A stretch of DNA of 64,000 bases from Carcharhinus amblyrhynchos (GCA_965287045.1 OZ336875.1:99448001-99512000), one strand, 5' to 3'; positions 20,798 to 35,090 are shown, counted from the first letter of the stretch. The notes: a model not told the origin generated them from the letters alone. A program made the numbers and translations.

Positions 20798-23312
20798 TTT
20801 AAGCTGGGTAAGGGATAAATGTCCTGCAGTTCATGACGATTACTTCCCAGGATCTGGCGTTCATTTGGTGTTTAAAGAATATGGGTGGTGTCCATGACAG
20901 CATATGGAATCAAAGAACGTGAATCATTTGGCCCAGTGAAATCATGATTGGTCTTTTCCACCTTGCTGCACGATTGCCATTTCTCCCAATTCTCTTAGTT
21001 TCTGAATATTTCTTAATCTCTGTCTTGAATATATGCAATGACTAAGCATCCCAGTTTTCTGGGGCAAAGAATTCTAAAGGTCGCATAAGCTCCTATGTGC
21101 ATGACTTTTAAATGCTATCTAATCAGCTTGCATGGTGTTGAATATCCCCAGCATTTTGAAATGTACAATTTGTAACAGGTCTCATTACTCAGTTATCTTA
21201 GATTTTGTATTATTCTGGTGTTTTTGGAAGCTTTAGGTTGCTTTTGTGCCAGTGCAATTAAAAGTACAAATCTCAATCTCCATTGTCAAGTAAGTTTTCC
21301 TATTCTACCTTTCCAGTCAGTTCTGCACTGACCACTGATACCATCAATGACAAAGCTGCAGTGAGACTTGATAGAAAAGAATGTAAGATAAGTGAGAATT
21401 GCAACACTACATTCATTGCACACAAAAGATCAGTTTAGCAGCCAGAACATGGTAAAGTCTGTGAGGGATGGTGAGTGTTTGGCTACCAAAGATACATTTA
21501 TGCACAGTACAGTTTCATTGCAAAGAGAGAAAGGAAGAGATATGTTTCAGAGTCCCAGATTATTCCTCAAATTGAATTGGAAATCACTGAGATCCAAATT
21601 GATAAACATCATGTCTTCAGCCCATGCAGAACCCCCTGCCCTGAATCCCTTTGGGAAGCCTTAGAAACATTTTGAATGCCTGTGAAAAGAATGGGTTCCC
21701 TGGTTTGCTTTTTCTTAAAATATATTTTGAATGCAAGCATGTTGCAATTGTATCTGGGATGAATTAACGTAGGTGTTAATGAGTGCACCTACTATAGTCT
21801 TTAATATCAGTCATTTTTTCCAAGCAAATGTGGAATTAGGACTAGCAGTGTAAGAAACTAAATGGCTATGGATACCAAAATGCAAACCTACTTTTGTTAC
21901 ATAATATACTTGAAGTGAACATTGTTTTGTTTTAAGTCACTGTTGTTGATGCGCATTTATTTTACAAATATTGGCTTATCTGATAATTCAATGGAAAGCT
22001 GTGTCACACACATCAGAAAGGATATGATTCAATCCCAAGTCTGGTCTGAGTTTGCTGATCCAATTGTACACAGCTCTAATTTTCCTCAGCATCTTGGTTT
22101 TATGAGACGAGGAAATAGTCAGATTGCTTTGACTGCTATCTCATGACATTTGCTGAAAATAAAAATGTGAAGTCAAAATCAGGCTCAACACTAATTGCCC
22201 ATGATCAAATAGTCTGTTGATTCTTTCCCGTTGATGAATAAGACTTGTTGGTGCAAGATACTAAAAAACTTCCTATGGAACAATAGTCCAGCAAATATTT
22301 CGAGAGAGGAGCAAGTCAAGAAAATTGTTCAGAGTTTTTAAATGTTATTAAAATCAAAATTTATAGGAGGCTATCCTGTCTGTCATCTTCCAATGTTGAC
22401 TCTTGAACTTAGAACATCTTTTCAAATTCCAATTTCCTACCTTTACCTATCATCTTTTATGGAAGGCAAAAAATCTCCTTACCCTCATCCTATTATTAGC
22501 ATTTTTATGAATGATTAGTCTTCGTCTTGTTTTCTCTTTGGAGGTTTGTTGATTTATCTTGTAAATAAATTGTGGAAGAAAAAGGAGACAGAGATGGTAT
22601 CTTTTGAAAATGATATATATTTTACGCACACACGTACATATTCTCCAGCGTCTATACAAAATCAAAATTAATCTTCCACTGCACATGCGCAAAATACAGG
22701 AATTTTACATCACACAACAATGGTGTAATACAAAAAACAATACAGCACAGGAACAGGCCCTTCGGCCCTCCAAGCCTGAACTGATCATGTGTTCCTAACT
22801 AGACCATCCGTTTGTATCCCTCTATTCCCAGTTGTGGAGGAGTTCTAACTTTTCAAAAACATAAATTGTTCACTGAACATTCCCATATTATGAAGCAGTT
22901 GCTTACTGTAACTTGGAAAAAATAATAAACCATATGCCTCATGTTAATGAAACAAATTTACTCTTAGTGTGCAAAATGTTCCTCCTTCATCAACATAAAG
23001 AAAAAATCTAACTTGTCATTTTCAGAACGCAGTCCATGACATGTCCTATGAACAGAGATGTTTTAAAACTTGTAAGGTGGTGTTGACTTCAGGCACCTCT
23101 TGTTATTTGGAGCAGGAGTCAACACCCACCCTAGCCCTTGCTGCACTCGTGCATTTCACAGTTGTGTTGGTGGTACTGATCCCATATGATCCAAAATGTT
23201 TCAATTTTTCTTTCTTCCAGTAGATAGAATTATAAATAAATGAAATGATTCAGTAGTGCAGATTGAAATTGGTATTCATGTAATTATTACAGTGAATTTG
23301 TGTTATTTTCAG

Positions 23313-23514
23313 GGAAAAAAGACTCGATATTGGAGCCCCTCTCCTTGCCAGAACCTTCATGTTGCATTACTGATGGATTTACATCACTGGTGTTGCCTTG
23401 CATATTTTGTGAAGATTGCTATCCTGCAGAAGAGCAGGAAAAGCTACTTGGGCATATGATTGTTGAACACAAACTGGTGATAGCTGATGTGAAGCTCATT
23501 GTAGATTTTAAAAG
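23313..23514 (+). CDS. ZNF277: ZNF277 exon 2 (KKDSILEPLSLPE...CIFC...HMIVEHKLVIADVKLIVDFK)
   Basis: ttttcag acceptor, GT donor, 202 nt; first C2H2 finger; recognisable ZNF277 peptide. Confidence 0.97.
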
Positions 23515-24149
23515 GTTTGATCATTTACATTTTATTAATGGGCTCACTCTGTTTTAAGACGATACTGATTAAATCTATATTATTATGTATTGAATAAGAG
23601 TGGAGATTATGAGTTTCACTTCAAATATATTGCAAATTACAAAGTTGTAGAGCTCACTTGTTTCTAAAATGTACATAAAAAGTGAGCTGACAATTTATAA
23701 TGCTCCTCTCGTATTCAGGCATTAATCTTAATGTAAGTCACCCAAGGCCTGTTGTAAGGCTGCTGTAACTGTGTTAATTACGGTAAGCAATTGAGCCTGA
23801 AGAAGTAAAGGCAACCAAAGTTCATTTAAATGTCCCCATGTAATGCTTCTATCCCAGTACGAGTCTTTGCTCCTGACGTAAGAAGCTTGTATGGGAATAG
23901 CCTATATATATTTTTAATCTTCCCATGTGATATGCACAAAGACTTATGAATGTGTAAAATTTTTTGAAATCCCTTGACCACATTGGAGAAACACTGCAAC
24001 AGTACATGTAGGCACATTAGTCATAAATTACAGTTGAATGGGAATGGGTGCAGCAGCAATGATGTAGACCATTGCTATTTTTTTCTTTTCTTACAACCTA
24101 GTTTTTAGCCCAGGGTAATTTTCAGTTGACAGGAAATGATATTTACATA

Positions 24150-25850
24150 TTTGCAAAATAAACTACAAGCGAGGTTGGAAAGCAGAGAGATTCATAAACC
24201 TTAACAGCCTAAATGGCTAAAAGTACAATTGCCAAGAGTGAGGTAAACAGATAGGTGGATGCACAAGAGGCCAGAGCTGGCAGAAGAATGTATTCTTCTG
24301 GGTTGGGTGAGCATGATGATAAAGCTGGAGACTTTGATGGAGATGGGGAGGGATCGAAGTTATGAAAGGATTTGAACATGCAGTTGAGAATTTTACAGTG
24401 ACTCGCACCACTAGTGCCTCAAATGTAGGCCAGCAATCAGAGAGGTATGACAGGACACAGCATGATTTTAGACAAGATCAAGATTATGGATGGTGGAGTT
24501 TAAGATAGTTATCTCTTGAGCTGACCAGCATGGAAGAGGGTGGCAGCAGAAGATGAGATAAGACAAGAATGGAGGCAAGTGATGTTATAGTAGCAGGTGT
24601 ATGTGATCTTTCTGATATAGAGATTATGAATTCTGCAGTTTAACTTGGTGCCAGATAGGATACTGAAGCTACAAAACAGCCTGCCTCAACCTGGGGTTGT
24701 GCCCAAAGAGGGGGGTGGAATTGATGACAAGAATACAGAGTTTGTGATGGGGCCAACAACGATGGCTTCAGTCTTTCCAATGTTTAATTTGAGGAATTTG
24801 CAGCTCATTCAGTACTACAAACAGAAGGAGTATAGGTATTGAAAGAAGTAGTGAAGAGTTTGAGCTCGGTGTCATAAAAATGCATTTGGAACCATATCTT
24901 TATATATACAAATGTCAACATGTAGGTGGGGAAGGAGCCAAAGATAAGTCATTGAGGACTTCCGAAGTAATGGAGTTGAGAGCAGAAAGAGAAGCCACTA
25001 CTGAACTTGTTCTGGCTGTGATTGCAAAGTGGATCTCATGGAACTAAATGAGGGCTGTCTCAGCTGGGCAATAAACGTAGGAAGTTGGTGGAGTGTGCCC
25101 AATCATGTTAAAGACTGCAGAGTGGTTAGGACAGGTAGTGCACCAAAGTCATAAAGAATGCCATTTCGTGACATGGTTTCATTTCAGTGCTGTGAAATGG
25201 GAAGAATACTGATTGGGGAGACTCCTGGAGTTGCAGGAACTCCAGAAAGGTTGAGAGAGTTTTTTTTTGAAGAGCAGAATGATCATGGCAGTTTTCAAAA
25301 GTTAGAAGAGTACCTGATGATAGGGAACCATTTACAATATCAGCTAGCATGAATGGTAGTGGTGCAGGCAGTAAAGGAAGTTGGATGGTCAACAGTTCAG
25401 CAGAAATTGAGTTGAAAGTGCTGGAGATGCATCATGTGGTCATCATGAGCTCAGAGAGGATATGAGGGAAGATAGGAAAGAAACTGGAGAAAGCTGTGAG
25501 AACAAAATTTAGGCAAGGGGAAGTTGTGGGAGGCTGGTGCAGTGAGAATGGGGAAGCAGAAGAGAAAACTGTCCTAATCGTATCAGTCCCAATGATGGAG
25601 ATGTCCTTGAACTTCTAGCACTTTTTGTAGATAAAAAAGGAGGGGAAGGAAAGATTTAAAGACACTTTGGTAGCAGACAGCAAAATCCAGGGTTTATTTT
25701 TAATTTAAGAATGGTCTCGGAGTAACACATGGGCCAATCAGCACCTAACAGAGGAAAGCAGCCTTGGCTAATACTGTTATGAAAGTTGCATATTCGTGAT
25801 TCGGAGACTATTCTGGGCTCCTAGTTTGAGTGAAACATCTGTGACTAAAT
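24150..25850 (-). mobile_element. Old L2-like LINE fragments
   Basis: Purine-rich plus strand; reverse translation has decayed IVNGSLSSGT and LDLSAAFD-like RT segments. Confidence 0.55.
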
Positions 25851-28117
25851 ATCCACCTAAATTCTGAAACAGCACTTAGGTATATATCTAAAATTGTTCT
25901 AGGACCCTGGCAATGGATGCACAATATCACATGAAACCTGCAAAAATAAATGTGAACCGCAAGAACCTAAGACTATTTCTTGGTACTTCAACGTGTTCAC
26001 AATTTTTCTGAAATTCAAGCAACTAGCCATTCCAGATGCAAGCAATAATTTAATTATTTCTTTCAAACATTCTATATGTTTTCATACACGATCTTAGATT
26101 AGAAACTACATGTTTAAAATTGTGTAGATAGTGTTCTACTTTCACTTTTTATACAAAAAAGATAAGAAATAACCTATCGTTAATGGTACAGGCAGGAATA
26201 ACGTTTTCTGAAAGGCAATTATTAAGCTGATTTTTTTTTTAATGTTTCACCACAAGGTGGCTGATAGCTCAATTTGGACTTCAACTTTCAATGCTGGGTG
26301 CAAAAAGTTGATGTATACCATTTAACTTCAAAATGTGGAAAATAGGAATTGAGGTTAAGAAGTAATATTTATTTATGCACTGAAGTTTAGAAACATTGAG
26401 ACAATGCTAGTCCTACATTGGTGAGATCCCTTATTTAAAAACAAACAGCAGTTACATACTTAAGAGTTTAAGTCATGATATTGCACAATCCACTTGCAAC
26501 AGCAATTTTAATGGACCAATACTGTGCATGTTTTTGGATATGTTGAAGCAATATCAACATGCATAAAATTGTACTTGTTTCAAGAAGTAAAGTTTACCCC
26601 ATTGAGGCCTTCTGCTAGGCTGATGTCCTACTTTAATCCAAACAAGTTCTGTTCTATTTTGATAGGTTCTATTCAGCTGTGTGCTGCTGCTTGTTTATTA
26701 AACAACTTGTTGGTTGGTTAACATCATATTCCTGATGGCCATTGTAAAAGTTGGCCATGTTAGACAAGATAATTATAAGATAAATTACTTTCAAGACTCA
26801 ACTGGAGCTAATGCTCTTAATTAGGTTTAACCCATGGCACACAGATAGTTAAATAACAAAAAATGGAGGATGCACAGCATGATACATGGGTCAAATGCTG
26901 GCTTTAAGTGAAATTTTATTGTTTTGAGGAGTTTCCCCAGGATCTTACCTTAATCTTGAGCTAGTTTGAATTCTAGGGAAAATGCACTTAAGCTTCACTC
27001 AATGCACAGAATCTGATCCTTCACACAGGAACATTCAGCCACATTTCCATTTTACGCTGCAGATTGTTTTAAATTATTCACCTATAGTATCAGTTGACTT
27101 CTGTGATTTGCAGTTAAGGTTTGTAGATAGCTTCAAGTGCCTGTTACAAATCTGTTTAACAACCCTAAAGAGCAACATTGTTCCTCCCGTGGGTCATATT
27201 TCTTTTCCCAAGATTCTATTTACTTCTGGCCAAGACATCATTATTTTTCATGTGACACTTTTATTTTGTGTGTCATTTTACAGTACTCAGATTCCTCGGA
27301 ATTCGTTGAATTGACAATAATATGTACAAGCACCTCTATGGTGAAGCAATTCAGATGACAAATTGAACAGATTGGATATGGGTGACAACATAAATTTAGC
27401 AATCAAAAGAGCAGTAATTGAAATTATATTATGATCTGGGAGTACAAATAGTACACTTGCTTACAAATTCACTTATGTGTATCTTGGGTACAGGTCCCTT
27501 TTGCTGTACAGAAACAAAATGTTGCATCTTGACAGACAACTAACGTCATGCATTTTCCATACTCTGTAATTGTTTTTGCCTTTCCAGTCTGTCCCTGTGG
27601 CTCACTCGCCTAACCCTCAAATAAATATTTACAGTTAGATTGCACAGAGAATTGAAGTTAAAAAACACTTGCTCTCTTTTGAATCTTTAGTTCATCATTT
27701 AGTTCCAAAGTTCTTTTGCAAATACAACATACTGTGCCACAGAGCATGCGTTGGACAATGTTTGTCTGTTCATGTTTATCTTCCACAATCTGACTCACCC
27801 AAGGTCAGGCTACTAAACCATCGTGATTGTTGGCCAGATATCCAAACTAACATTATTCCAGGAACTAAGATTTAAGCTTTTAGTTAATTAATCTCCCAGT
27901 TCTGATGAAGAGTATATGTCAGAAACAATTTATTTGCATATGAAGGTCCAAATGTTGCAATCAGCAGTGTGTTTTATGATGTTGATGGCTGCTGTTATAG
28001 TCCCTTCCTACCTCTTGAACAAGTCAGATCCTAAGGTGGAACTAGGCCTGATAGATTTGAATATTTTTTGTTTAAAAACATGGAGAGCAGCTGCTGAACA
28101 GAATCGCAGAATTCGCT

Positions 28118-29720
28118 GATGAACTTTTAACGAAAGAGTAAGACATTTATTAAACAAGAAAAGATGAACAATATTACACTATTCCTTCATCCACTACAAT
28201 ACCTTTACAGACATATACAGATTTGTGAGGATTTCACAAGTTACAAAATCTACCATGTACTCTAATGTTCACAATGAAATCATAGAAACCCTGCAGTGCA
28301 GAAAGAGGCCATTTGGCCTATCGAGTCTGCACCAACCACAATCCCACCCAGGCCCAACCCTCATATCCCTACATATTTACCCGCTAATCCCTCTAACCTA
28401 CACATCTCAGGACACTAAGAGGCAATTTCAGCATGGCCAATGAACCTAACCCGCACATCTTTGGACTGTGGGAGGAAACAGGAACACCTGGAGGAAATCC
28501 ACACAGACACGAGGAGAATATGCAAACTCCACACAGACAGTGACCCAAGCCGGGAGTCGAATCCAGGTCACTGGAGCTGTGAAGCATCAGTGCTAACCAC
28601 TGCTACCATGCTGCCCACAAAGTACACAGTCGAGTAAACCAACAGGCAATGTGGTTAGACACAGCACACTCAGAAGCCAAATGACAGCTGCCACCCCAAA
28701 TCGATGCTATGGATCTCTCATCAACTCCCCATGCCCTCCAGATGCTTGTCACATTGTAACCCACTGGAATGCTGTTTTTCTCAAGACAGTTTCCAATCTC
28801 ATTGCTCAAAGTACTTACTTTGGAATCTTCTGCCAAACATAGCTTTCTCCCAGACGCTTTCCACAAGAGTATACTTCAGGGTTTCAATCTCTCCTTCCAA
28901 TATTCCTTTCCCATGAGAGATTCCTTTCTCATCACATGCATCCAAGCTTCACCTTCCATATACCTTCTCAAGTATTCAGCCATACCAACAGAGCAGTACT
29001 GCTTCATAGGCCCACAGTAATGAGTTACAGGCCTTTGGCTGTCCCCTTGGATCTCCAGCTTCTCACAGGTTTATTTTATTTTAAGTCTGTTTCTTGCGGT
29101 TTTTTCATTTTAAACTTGGAGTCTCCCTCTACTTTTCACTCTTTTCGTTTTCATTTAACAGGATGTTTTTCAGATTCCTGGCTTAACTTAAAGATCTTCT
29201 TCGGACCTTTCTCCTTTTCCTTTAGGACTTGTCTATTGCAGTTCACCTCTCCCAGTAGACAGCTAGCAACTTGGTATCTCCCTTGAGCTCCAGAACTCAC
29301 TCAACATTCACTATGACTTTTACTTCAGAGCAATCTATCCACGATTCATAGATGTGTTTTCTTCTCCAATCTGTTAGTGTGCTCAGTTAGAAAGAGACTT
29401 GAACTGCTCTTTCCACCTTAGAATATAATTATCAACTGAATTAAAATCTCCTGTTCAGTGTCTGCAGTTTCCCCTCCAGGAACCCCTGTTGCTAGGCAAC
29501 AGCACAGTTTTTTCCTCTACTTTTTTAATTTTCCTAAACTACTTAAATGCTTGTAAAACCTCAGTAACGAAGCAATATACAAACAAACTTACAAATACCT
29601 TTATGAAAGTGAAACAAAAACTCAAGTTCTCCCTCTTTCTGAACACACAAATACAGAAATATAAATTAAACTTAAAGCTATACCTTATTCCTAACTCCCA
29701 CAAGTACACTTTACATAACT
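28118..29720 (-). mobile_element. Possible solo LTR (with HE1 insertion)
   Basis: Starts TG, has a reversed polyA signal (tttatt) near 28147 and a distinct pyrimidine-rich composition; termini not firmly defined. Confidence 0.3.
28279..28616 (-). mobile_element. HE1-like SINE, full length, CR1-type tail
   Basis: atcatagaaaccctgcagtgcagaaagaggcc...gtgctaaccactgctaccatgctgccc. Confidence 0.9.
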
Positions 29721-29787
29721 GTTTCTATTTCTGAAAGCTGTCCATACGGTTTTTGCAAGTTTTTAAGCCGAGTCTTTCTGTAATCAG

Positions 29788-29979
29788 GGTCGGAATTCTG
29801 CGGCCTCCCATCAATAGCACAAGATGATGGCCATTCACAAGCGGCGGTCTCTTGTCCCATTGCTGTCAGTGGGATTTCCCATTGAAGGCACCCAACGCCA
29901 CTGGGAAAGGAGCGGCAAGGGTGCACTGCCAATAGGACCAGAGAATCCGCCACTCGTGAACAGCTGGAGAATTCCAGCC
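29788..29979. mobile_element. MITE with terminal inverted repeats
   Basis: ggtcggaattctgcggc / gctggagaattccagcc (reverse complement ggctggaattctccagc). Confidence 0.65.
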
Positions 29980-30739
29980 GAGGTGCCTGATCCAGCGTGG
30001 TGGCCTCTACTGGGTAACTAGCGTCTTTGAGCTGAGGCATGCAGAGTTTAAACCAGCAAGTATAAACTAGGAATTGTAAATTAAGTTTCAATTTTGTACA
30101 GAAATCACAAAAATGGGATAAAATGATTTTGTTAATGAGAGGGACAAAAGACTTAAGCAGAATAGGTTTTTAAAAAAGATATTTGAAAAGGTTTCCAGCA
30201 TTAATTAAATTCTGAAACAATAAAACTCCACACTTATAAAATTAAATTCTAAGTGCCATGGAAGTTGTCAGTTATTATGATTGGTCAAAGCATTAAAAAT
30301 TCGCACATTGCTAAATGCACCAGTTTTAACTTTGTCTGACGTGATGAGTAACTGCCAGCACATTTTAAGCTCTTACATTGATTTCAATCCCGAGGACATC
30401 AGCCAGATTCTATCAACACAGCCTGTGGAGGAGCAGGGTGACTTTTACCACAACATACCACCACATACATGTGAATGTTCCAGAAGTTGCTTTTTGATTT
30501 ACTGCATGTTAAAAGTGAATCATGTTGGTTTTATCGTTGTTTTCGATGTAAAATCCTGTCCTTGATGTCTGGCCTGCTGAGTGCTTCCAGCAGATTTTGT
30601 TTCTCGCATGATTCCAGGCCCTAGGTTTCAAATTACATTAGATTTAGCGTGAATGATTTTTTTAAACTTGATCCCTTGAAACTGATTCCTCTATCTGCGC
30701 ACCGTCTTTTGAACTGTGCCTGTAAGGCCTTCTTGCCTC

Positions 30740-31405
30740 TCTATCCCTTTTGCCAAAATACATCATGTCACACTTCTCTGTATTAAATCCACCTGCCACT
30801 TGTCTGTCCTTTCTGCTAACCTATCAATGTCCAGGTACAATCAAATGTTTGCCTTAACTCCAGTTATGGCATCATTGGCATATTTTGAAATTTTACTCTG
30901 TATTCCAATATCTGAATCATTTATGTATTGTATATTAAAAAAATGGTGGTCTGAGCACTGAACCTTGGGGAGCACCACTGACTCCAGTATGAAAAGCCAT
31001 CATTTACTGCAACTCACTGTTTCTTGTCCATAAGTCAATAGACCCTTCTATTCCATGTGCCCGATTTTGTTAACCACCTTTTATGTGGCATTTGTCAGAT
31101 TCTTACTCAAAATCCATCTAGACAACATCCCATTGCATTCCCGTCATCAACCCTTTATGTTATTTCATCGAAGAATTGAATTAAATTAGTCAAATACAAT
31201 CTGCATTTTACAAATCTGTGCCTGCTCTCCTTAATTAACTCATGCCTCGCCAAATGTCTGTTGTCTTTTTGCCTGATTTATATTACCAAGAACCTTACCC
31301 AAAACTGATGTTAAGTTGACCTGCTTGTAGTTGATAGGAATGCTCTTGGACCCTTGAACAAAGTGTCACATTCACCACTCCCCAATCCTCTGGCACTTCG
31401 CCCCT
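30740..31405 (-). mobile_element. CR1 LINE RT fragment
   Basis: Reverse strand has decayed NYKQVNLTSV (aactacaagcaggtcaacttaacatcag), YLDF and PQGSVL motifs. Confidence 0.7.
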
Positions 31406-31527
31406 CCCTATATACTTTGTAGCTTATTAGTCTCTTCGTATGTGTGTGTGCGTAGAGATGTTAATTGTAATGAACAGGCAAAAAGATAGTATACAATGAG
31501 GGAGTGACTTATTTTTATTTTTTCAAG

Positions 31528-31616
31528 GTACGTTTTGTATTGGAAGAAAAGGTTTATTGAGCAATCAATAACAGATTTTTGTAGTGTAATAAGAACCAAC
31601 TCCCAAGCTCCTGAAG
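31528..31616 (+). CDS. ZNF277: ZNF277 exon 3 (YVLYWKKRFIEQSITDFCSVIRTNSQAPE)
   Basis: tttcaag acceptor, GTAAGT donor, 89 nt, phases 2 to 1. Confidence 0.97.
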
Positions 31617-31876
31617 GTAAGTGTAGCAGATTCTTGTCCGTTAAAGTTTACTAATGAATGGATTTGTTGCAAATCTGTGATTTTGAATATATTTTCTCGT
31701 ACCAAGCAAGAGATTGCAAAAGTAAAATAAAATTGGCAAAGTGTAATTTTACAAGATGTAAATTTTAAATTTAATCTTTTAAAGATAAAATAGAGCAATT
31801 AAAAATGCAAAGGAAGATGGAATTCAAAAACAAATTTACAAATACTGAACAACTGAAAGTATTTTTTGTTTGATAG

Positions 31877-31959
31877 AGGAACAAACAGCTTACTACCTTT
31901 TGTGTGATGTTTTACCTGAAGACCGAGTACTTAGAGAGCAGCTTCAGCAAAAAAGACTA
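31877..31959 (+). CDS. ZNF277: ZNF277 exon 4 (EQTAYYLLCDVLPEDRVLREQLQQKRL)
   Basis: tgatag acceptor, GTAAGT donor, 83 nt. Confidence 0.97.
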
Positions 31960-32089
31960 GTAAGTAATTGCAGTAATTCATCAGTTAAAATGAAAAAAAA
32001 TGAACATGGATCATCAAAAATAGGTTTAATTAACCTTACTTTGTGGACTTTACTTTAAGCCATCCATTAATTATGTTTTTTTTAAGATG

Positions 32090-33060
32090 CACGATTTGTC
32101 TATCTTCTGGGAACTGCAATCTAATCAAATCTAGTGCATCAAGTCTTGAGTCTGCGTTCGCCGTCTGTGAGGCTGCCAGTGGGGGCTCAAGATCCAGAAG
32201 TCGCAGTTCTTGTTGGTGCAAACATGACTTTGGATCTTCCCCGCCCCACTCCAGCGACATCATCAGGTTCATGCCTGTAAGGGTTGTGAACCTGCTTTGC
32301 ATGTATTTGCATGCATTTCAATATTATTAACCCGCCTTCTCTCTCCCTCCACAACCTCACATCATACCTTCAAACCACACCAACGTGACATCATGTCGAC
32401 GTGTTTCACAACTGTTCACACAGATGTGAATCTGTCGTGGGGGTCTCCCCAGGAGTGTAAAGCTACATATAGCCGCCGGGGAGGGGCGTAGCCAGGCAGT
32501 GCTCTGGCAATGCCCCCGGCATAGGTTGGCATCATGTGCTACCCTGGCATTGCCAAGGGACGAGCCACAGTTGGAGCCTCATTGTTGGGATTAATTCAGC
32601 TGTGGCTGTATGCTGGGCATAATCCCGATGTGCAGGGGATGCTGGAGGGCAGTGGATGTTGTGGGATGCTGTCTCCGACTGTGGAGGGGATTGGGCCAAC
32701 GGTCATGGCAGAGAGAGAGGATGGTGGGAGAAAGGAAGGGGGCCGATTATCGTGGAGGGCAGAATGAACGCTCACTCCAATCGAGGGTGGGGAGGGGAGC
32801 CCTGAGACTTCAATGACGACAGGTTTATTGAACTTCTGACCAAAGCACCCTTTAAAGAGATCTGAGTCAACCAGGTTTTGTCAGCGTGTTTAAACCCTGC
32901 CACCTCTATGATGGCGTGAATCACGCCCCTTAATTTTTTTGTTTGGCAGAGCATGGTAGAATCTGGAGAGAAAACCAACCAGTTTCTCTGGTTGGAAACA
33001 CGCCAATTTTCTTGCCAAAAACCACACACTGCCATTTCTTGGTAAGATTTCACCCAGTCA
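32090..33060. mobile_element. GC-rich non-autonomous repeat (putative DNA-transposon derivative)
   Basis: GC/CpG-richer block that shares motifs (ggcattgcc, caccctttaaaga, aatctggaga, agatttcac) with 62040-62360. Confidence 0.45.
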
Positions 33061-34812
33061 TTTCATATCCCTTAATCAGACTTAAAATCTGTGTTCATCC
33101 AGAGTGTGAGAAGATTTTAAGCTCAAACCAGTTAAGATCCAATGGCCTATCCAGCACTCTTAAATATTATGCAATTTAATTTTTTTGCATTATCTGACTA
33201 TTATGCTCTTTAAAAATGAAACATTTGCAAAACATTGCAAGCGAGCCAATGTTACAGTTTATATAATTGCAAATAAACTAATTCAGAAACAAAAGGAACT
33301 CAACCTCCTAATGAAAGCTTACCATTGGGATTAAGAGTGTCTACTGAGGCATACTTACGTTTGAGATAAAACAGAGTTGTGCAGTGAGCAAGCAGGTAGA
33401 CGCTGGAAGAAGGTAATGTTTTTTCTTGTGTAGCTGAAAACTATTGATTCGAATCTAAAAGTTTTATTATTATTCAGCATGACATGTGAATCTGTAATGG
33501 AATTAATTCTACAGCGCAGATTGTACTGCTAAATGTATTTATAGCCTGTTTAGATTTTTGTTTCCCAGCAATGCAGTTGTTGGAACTAAGTTAATTAGAT
33601 TAACGATACTGGTATTTTACAAAAATGCTGATGTTGCATTTGCCATAGCTCATTCAATGATTTTTCATCATTTTTCAACTGAATCTACTACTGTGATTTT
33701 TCAGCTTGCCTGAAATTGAGATTCATGTATGTGAACACAACTATAGCAGTCTATTTCCGTAAGAATGTGCTTGGTTCAAATAGGCCTTCTTTCTCTTCCC
33801 TGGATATATTGATCTCAATTGACTGCAGTAAGGGTGCTACAGCTAGCTTCCATACCTTGAAGATAGAGAGAGGACAATCTGCCGCGGCTTTTGCTCCTGA
33901 TGATTGTCCAATCATCACTGCGGGAAAGTGAACTTCTGGATTGGACGGGGGCCAACTTTGAATGCTCATTGTAGTTGAATGGCCTGTCATCACTTTTTTT
34001 TATCTGGATTAATTTCTAAAATATAGCCATCTGCCTGAGTTGGCAGTAATGGTTAAATTCCTTAGAACTGTACCCCTGTATTAGCAACTTTGGCAGAGGA
34101 ATGGAGAAAATAACAATGGAAGGGAATAATTATACTCCTGACCTTATAGTTCTTAAATAACCTAGTAGCATATTTCTTACTTGAATCTGAAAGTTGAGTG
34201 TCGACTCACTGAACCATCATTCATATACATCATGCACAACTTTTTATATACCTATAAATGAGGAATCTCTTCAATCTTTAATGTGACTTATTCTTCGTTA
34301 AAATAAATAAAAAATTGAGAAAAGGTCTCCATTTCGATCAGCCCTTAACTAATGCTCAAATATGCAGTTAAAAGACCAGGACAGTGACATTGCAACAACA
34401 TTTTTAGGCATAGCAGGAGACGCTGTTGAAAGACCCACCCCGTTTCACCCAAAGAAATGCATTTGAAAGATGCTTGCAATTGAGAGTTGGGGTAAAACTA
34501 ATATAAAAACAGAAAATGCTGGAAAAACTCAGCAGGATCTATTTATTTTATGCATATAATTAGTTTTATGGTCAGATTCTTTGCAACAGTAGGTTTCGTA
34601 AACAAATATAGAAGACCAAGGTCACTTGGACATATTTTACATATGTAACCCATGACAAAATGCTGTCATCTTTCAAGTCTCTGATTTGTTTGTGTCCATA
34701 TTAAGGGTATATCTAAGCACAAATGCAAGGGGAACTCTACACCATAGTGTAAGAAGGTTTGTGTACATAGATCACATATGCAGTGGAGAAATTTCAGCAG
34801 GAAATATTCAAT

Positions 34813-35090
34813 CACTGTCATGGTTCAGTTGATAGCACTCCTACTTCAAGTAATGCTATGGGTTCGATGCCAACTACAAAGACTTAAAAACAAAAATCTA
34901 GGCAGTACTATGGGAGTCCTGCTTGACTGAAATTGCATCTTTTGAATGAGGCTTTAACCAGGGCCTCTGGTCTGTTTTCTAAAGTAGATAGAAATGATTC
35001 CATACCGCTATTTAAAAAAAGTTATCCGTGGGTCCCTGGCTAACATTCATCCTCAGTCAGCATGAAAATAAATTCTGGTCATTATCTTGT
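34813..35090 (+). mobile_element. DeuSINE 5'/central fragment
   Basis: tRNA-like head (ggttcagttgatagcactc, gggttcgatgcc) and tcttttgaatgaggctttaaccagggcc Deu core. Confidence 0.55.

Noticed and set aside
27895-27935. CTGATGA...GAAAC hammerhead-like core
   Set aside because: The intervening agagtatatgtca forms no convincing stem II, and flanking stems were not found.
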